Source of the DNA: Isurus oxyrinchus
Lineage: Eukaryota
Direction of reading: 5' to 3'
Length of the DNA: 64,000 bases
NCBI GenBank assembly: GCA_026770705.1
Contig: JANJGN010000071.1
Coordinates: 2,108,001-2,172,000 of the forward strand
The position numbers and the translations under genes were made by a program. Under the pieces are notes generated by a model. The model saw only the letters and a program-made list of their open reading frames with translations, searched no databases and had not been told where the DNA came from. Below, piece after piece: positions 63,800 through 64,000 of this stretch. Numbering within the stretch: the first letter of the stretch is position 1; every line of letters starts with the position of its first letter.

Positions 63800-64000
63800 C
63801 CCTGACAGTGCAGCACTCACTCAGTACTGACCCTCTGACAGTGCAGCACTCCCTCAGTACTGACCCTCTGACAGTGCAGCACTCCCTCAGTACTGACCCT
63901 CTGACAGTGCGGCACTCCCTCTGTACTGACCCTCTGACAGAGCAGCAATCCCTCAGTACTGACCCTCTGACACTGCAGCACTCCCTCAGTACTCACCCCC
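63800..64000 (-). repeat. 33-bp minisatellite
   Basis: Same unit and same intron position as 32227-32620. Confidence 0.9.

Overview
Eukaryotic vertebrate genomic DNA, most likely from a cartilaginous fish (inferred from the CR1/L2 LINE, Deu-SINE and Penelope repeat content), with many N gaps. The window holds a recently duplicated cluster of Siglec-like (sialic-acid-binding Ig-like lectin) genes. The ORF track shows them only in pieces, so I rebuilt exons by hand from AG/GT boundaries and reading phase. Gene A (- strand, 15692->6545) is leader-V-V-C2-TM, with an Arg inside the TM and a ~12-aa Tyr-free tail, i.e. activating type. Gene B (+ strand, 25476->48292) lies head-to-head with A and is leader-V-V-C2-(C2 x9 near-identical tandem exons)-TM-tail, i.e. 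inhibitory type, but its ITIM Tyr codon reads TAA. Gene C (+, from 59537/61663, running off the window) has lost its V exon by deletion. Orphan tail, TM and Ig exons lie between the genes. The main candidate new system is a paired activating/inhibitory Siglec locus with tandem V-V ligand domains, loop-restricted hypervariability and a stalk of variable length. Also present: a Penelope-like insertion with TSD and minimal hammerhead-ribozyme motifs, a SINE-derived 33-bp minisatellite, and LINE/LTR debris. All coordinates were counted by eye and may be off by a few bases.
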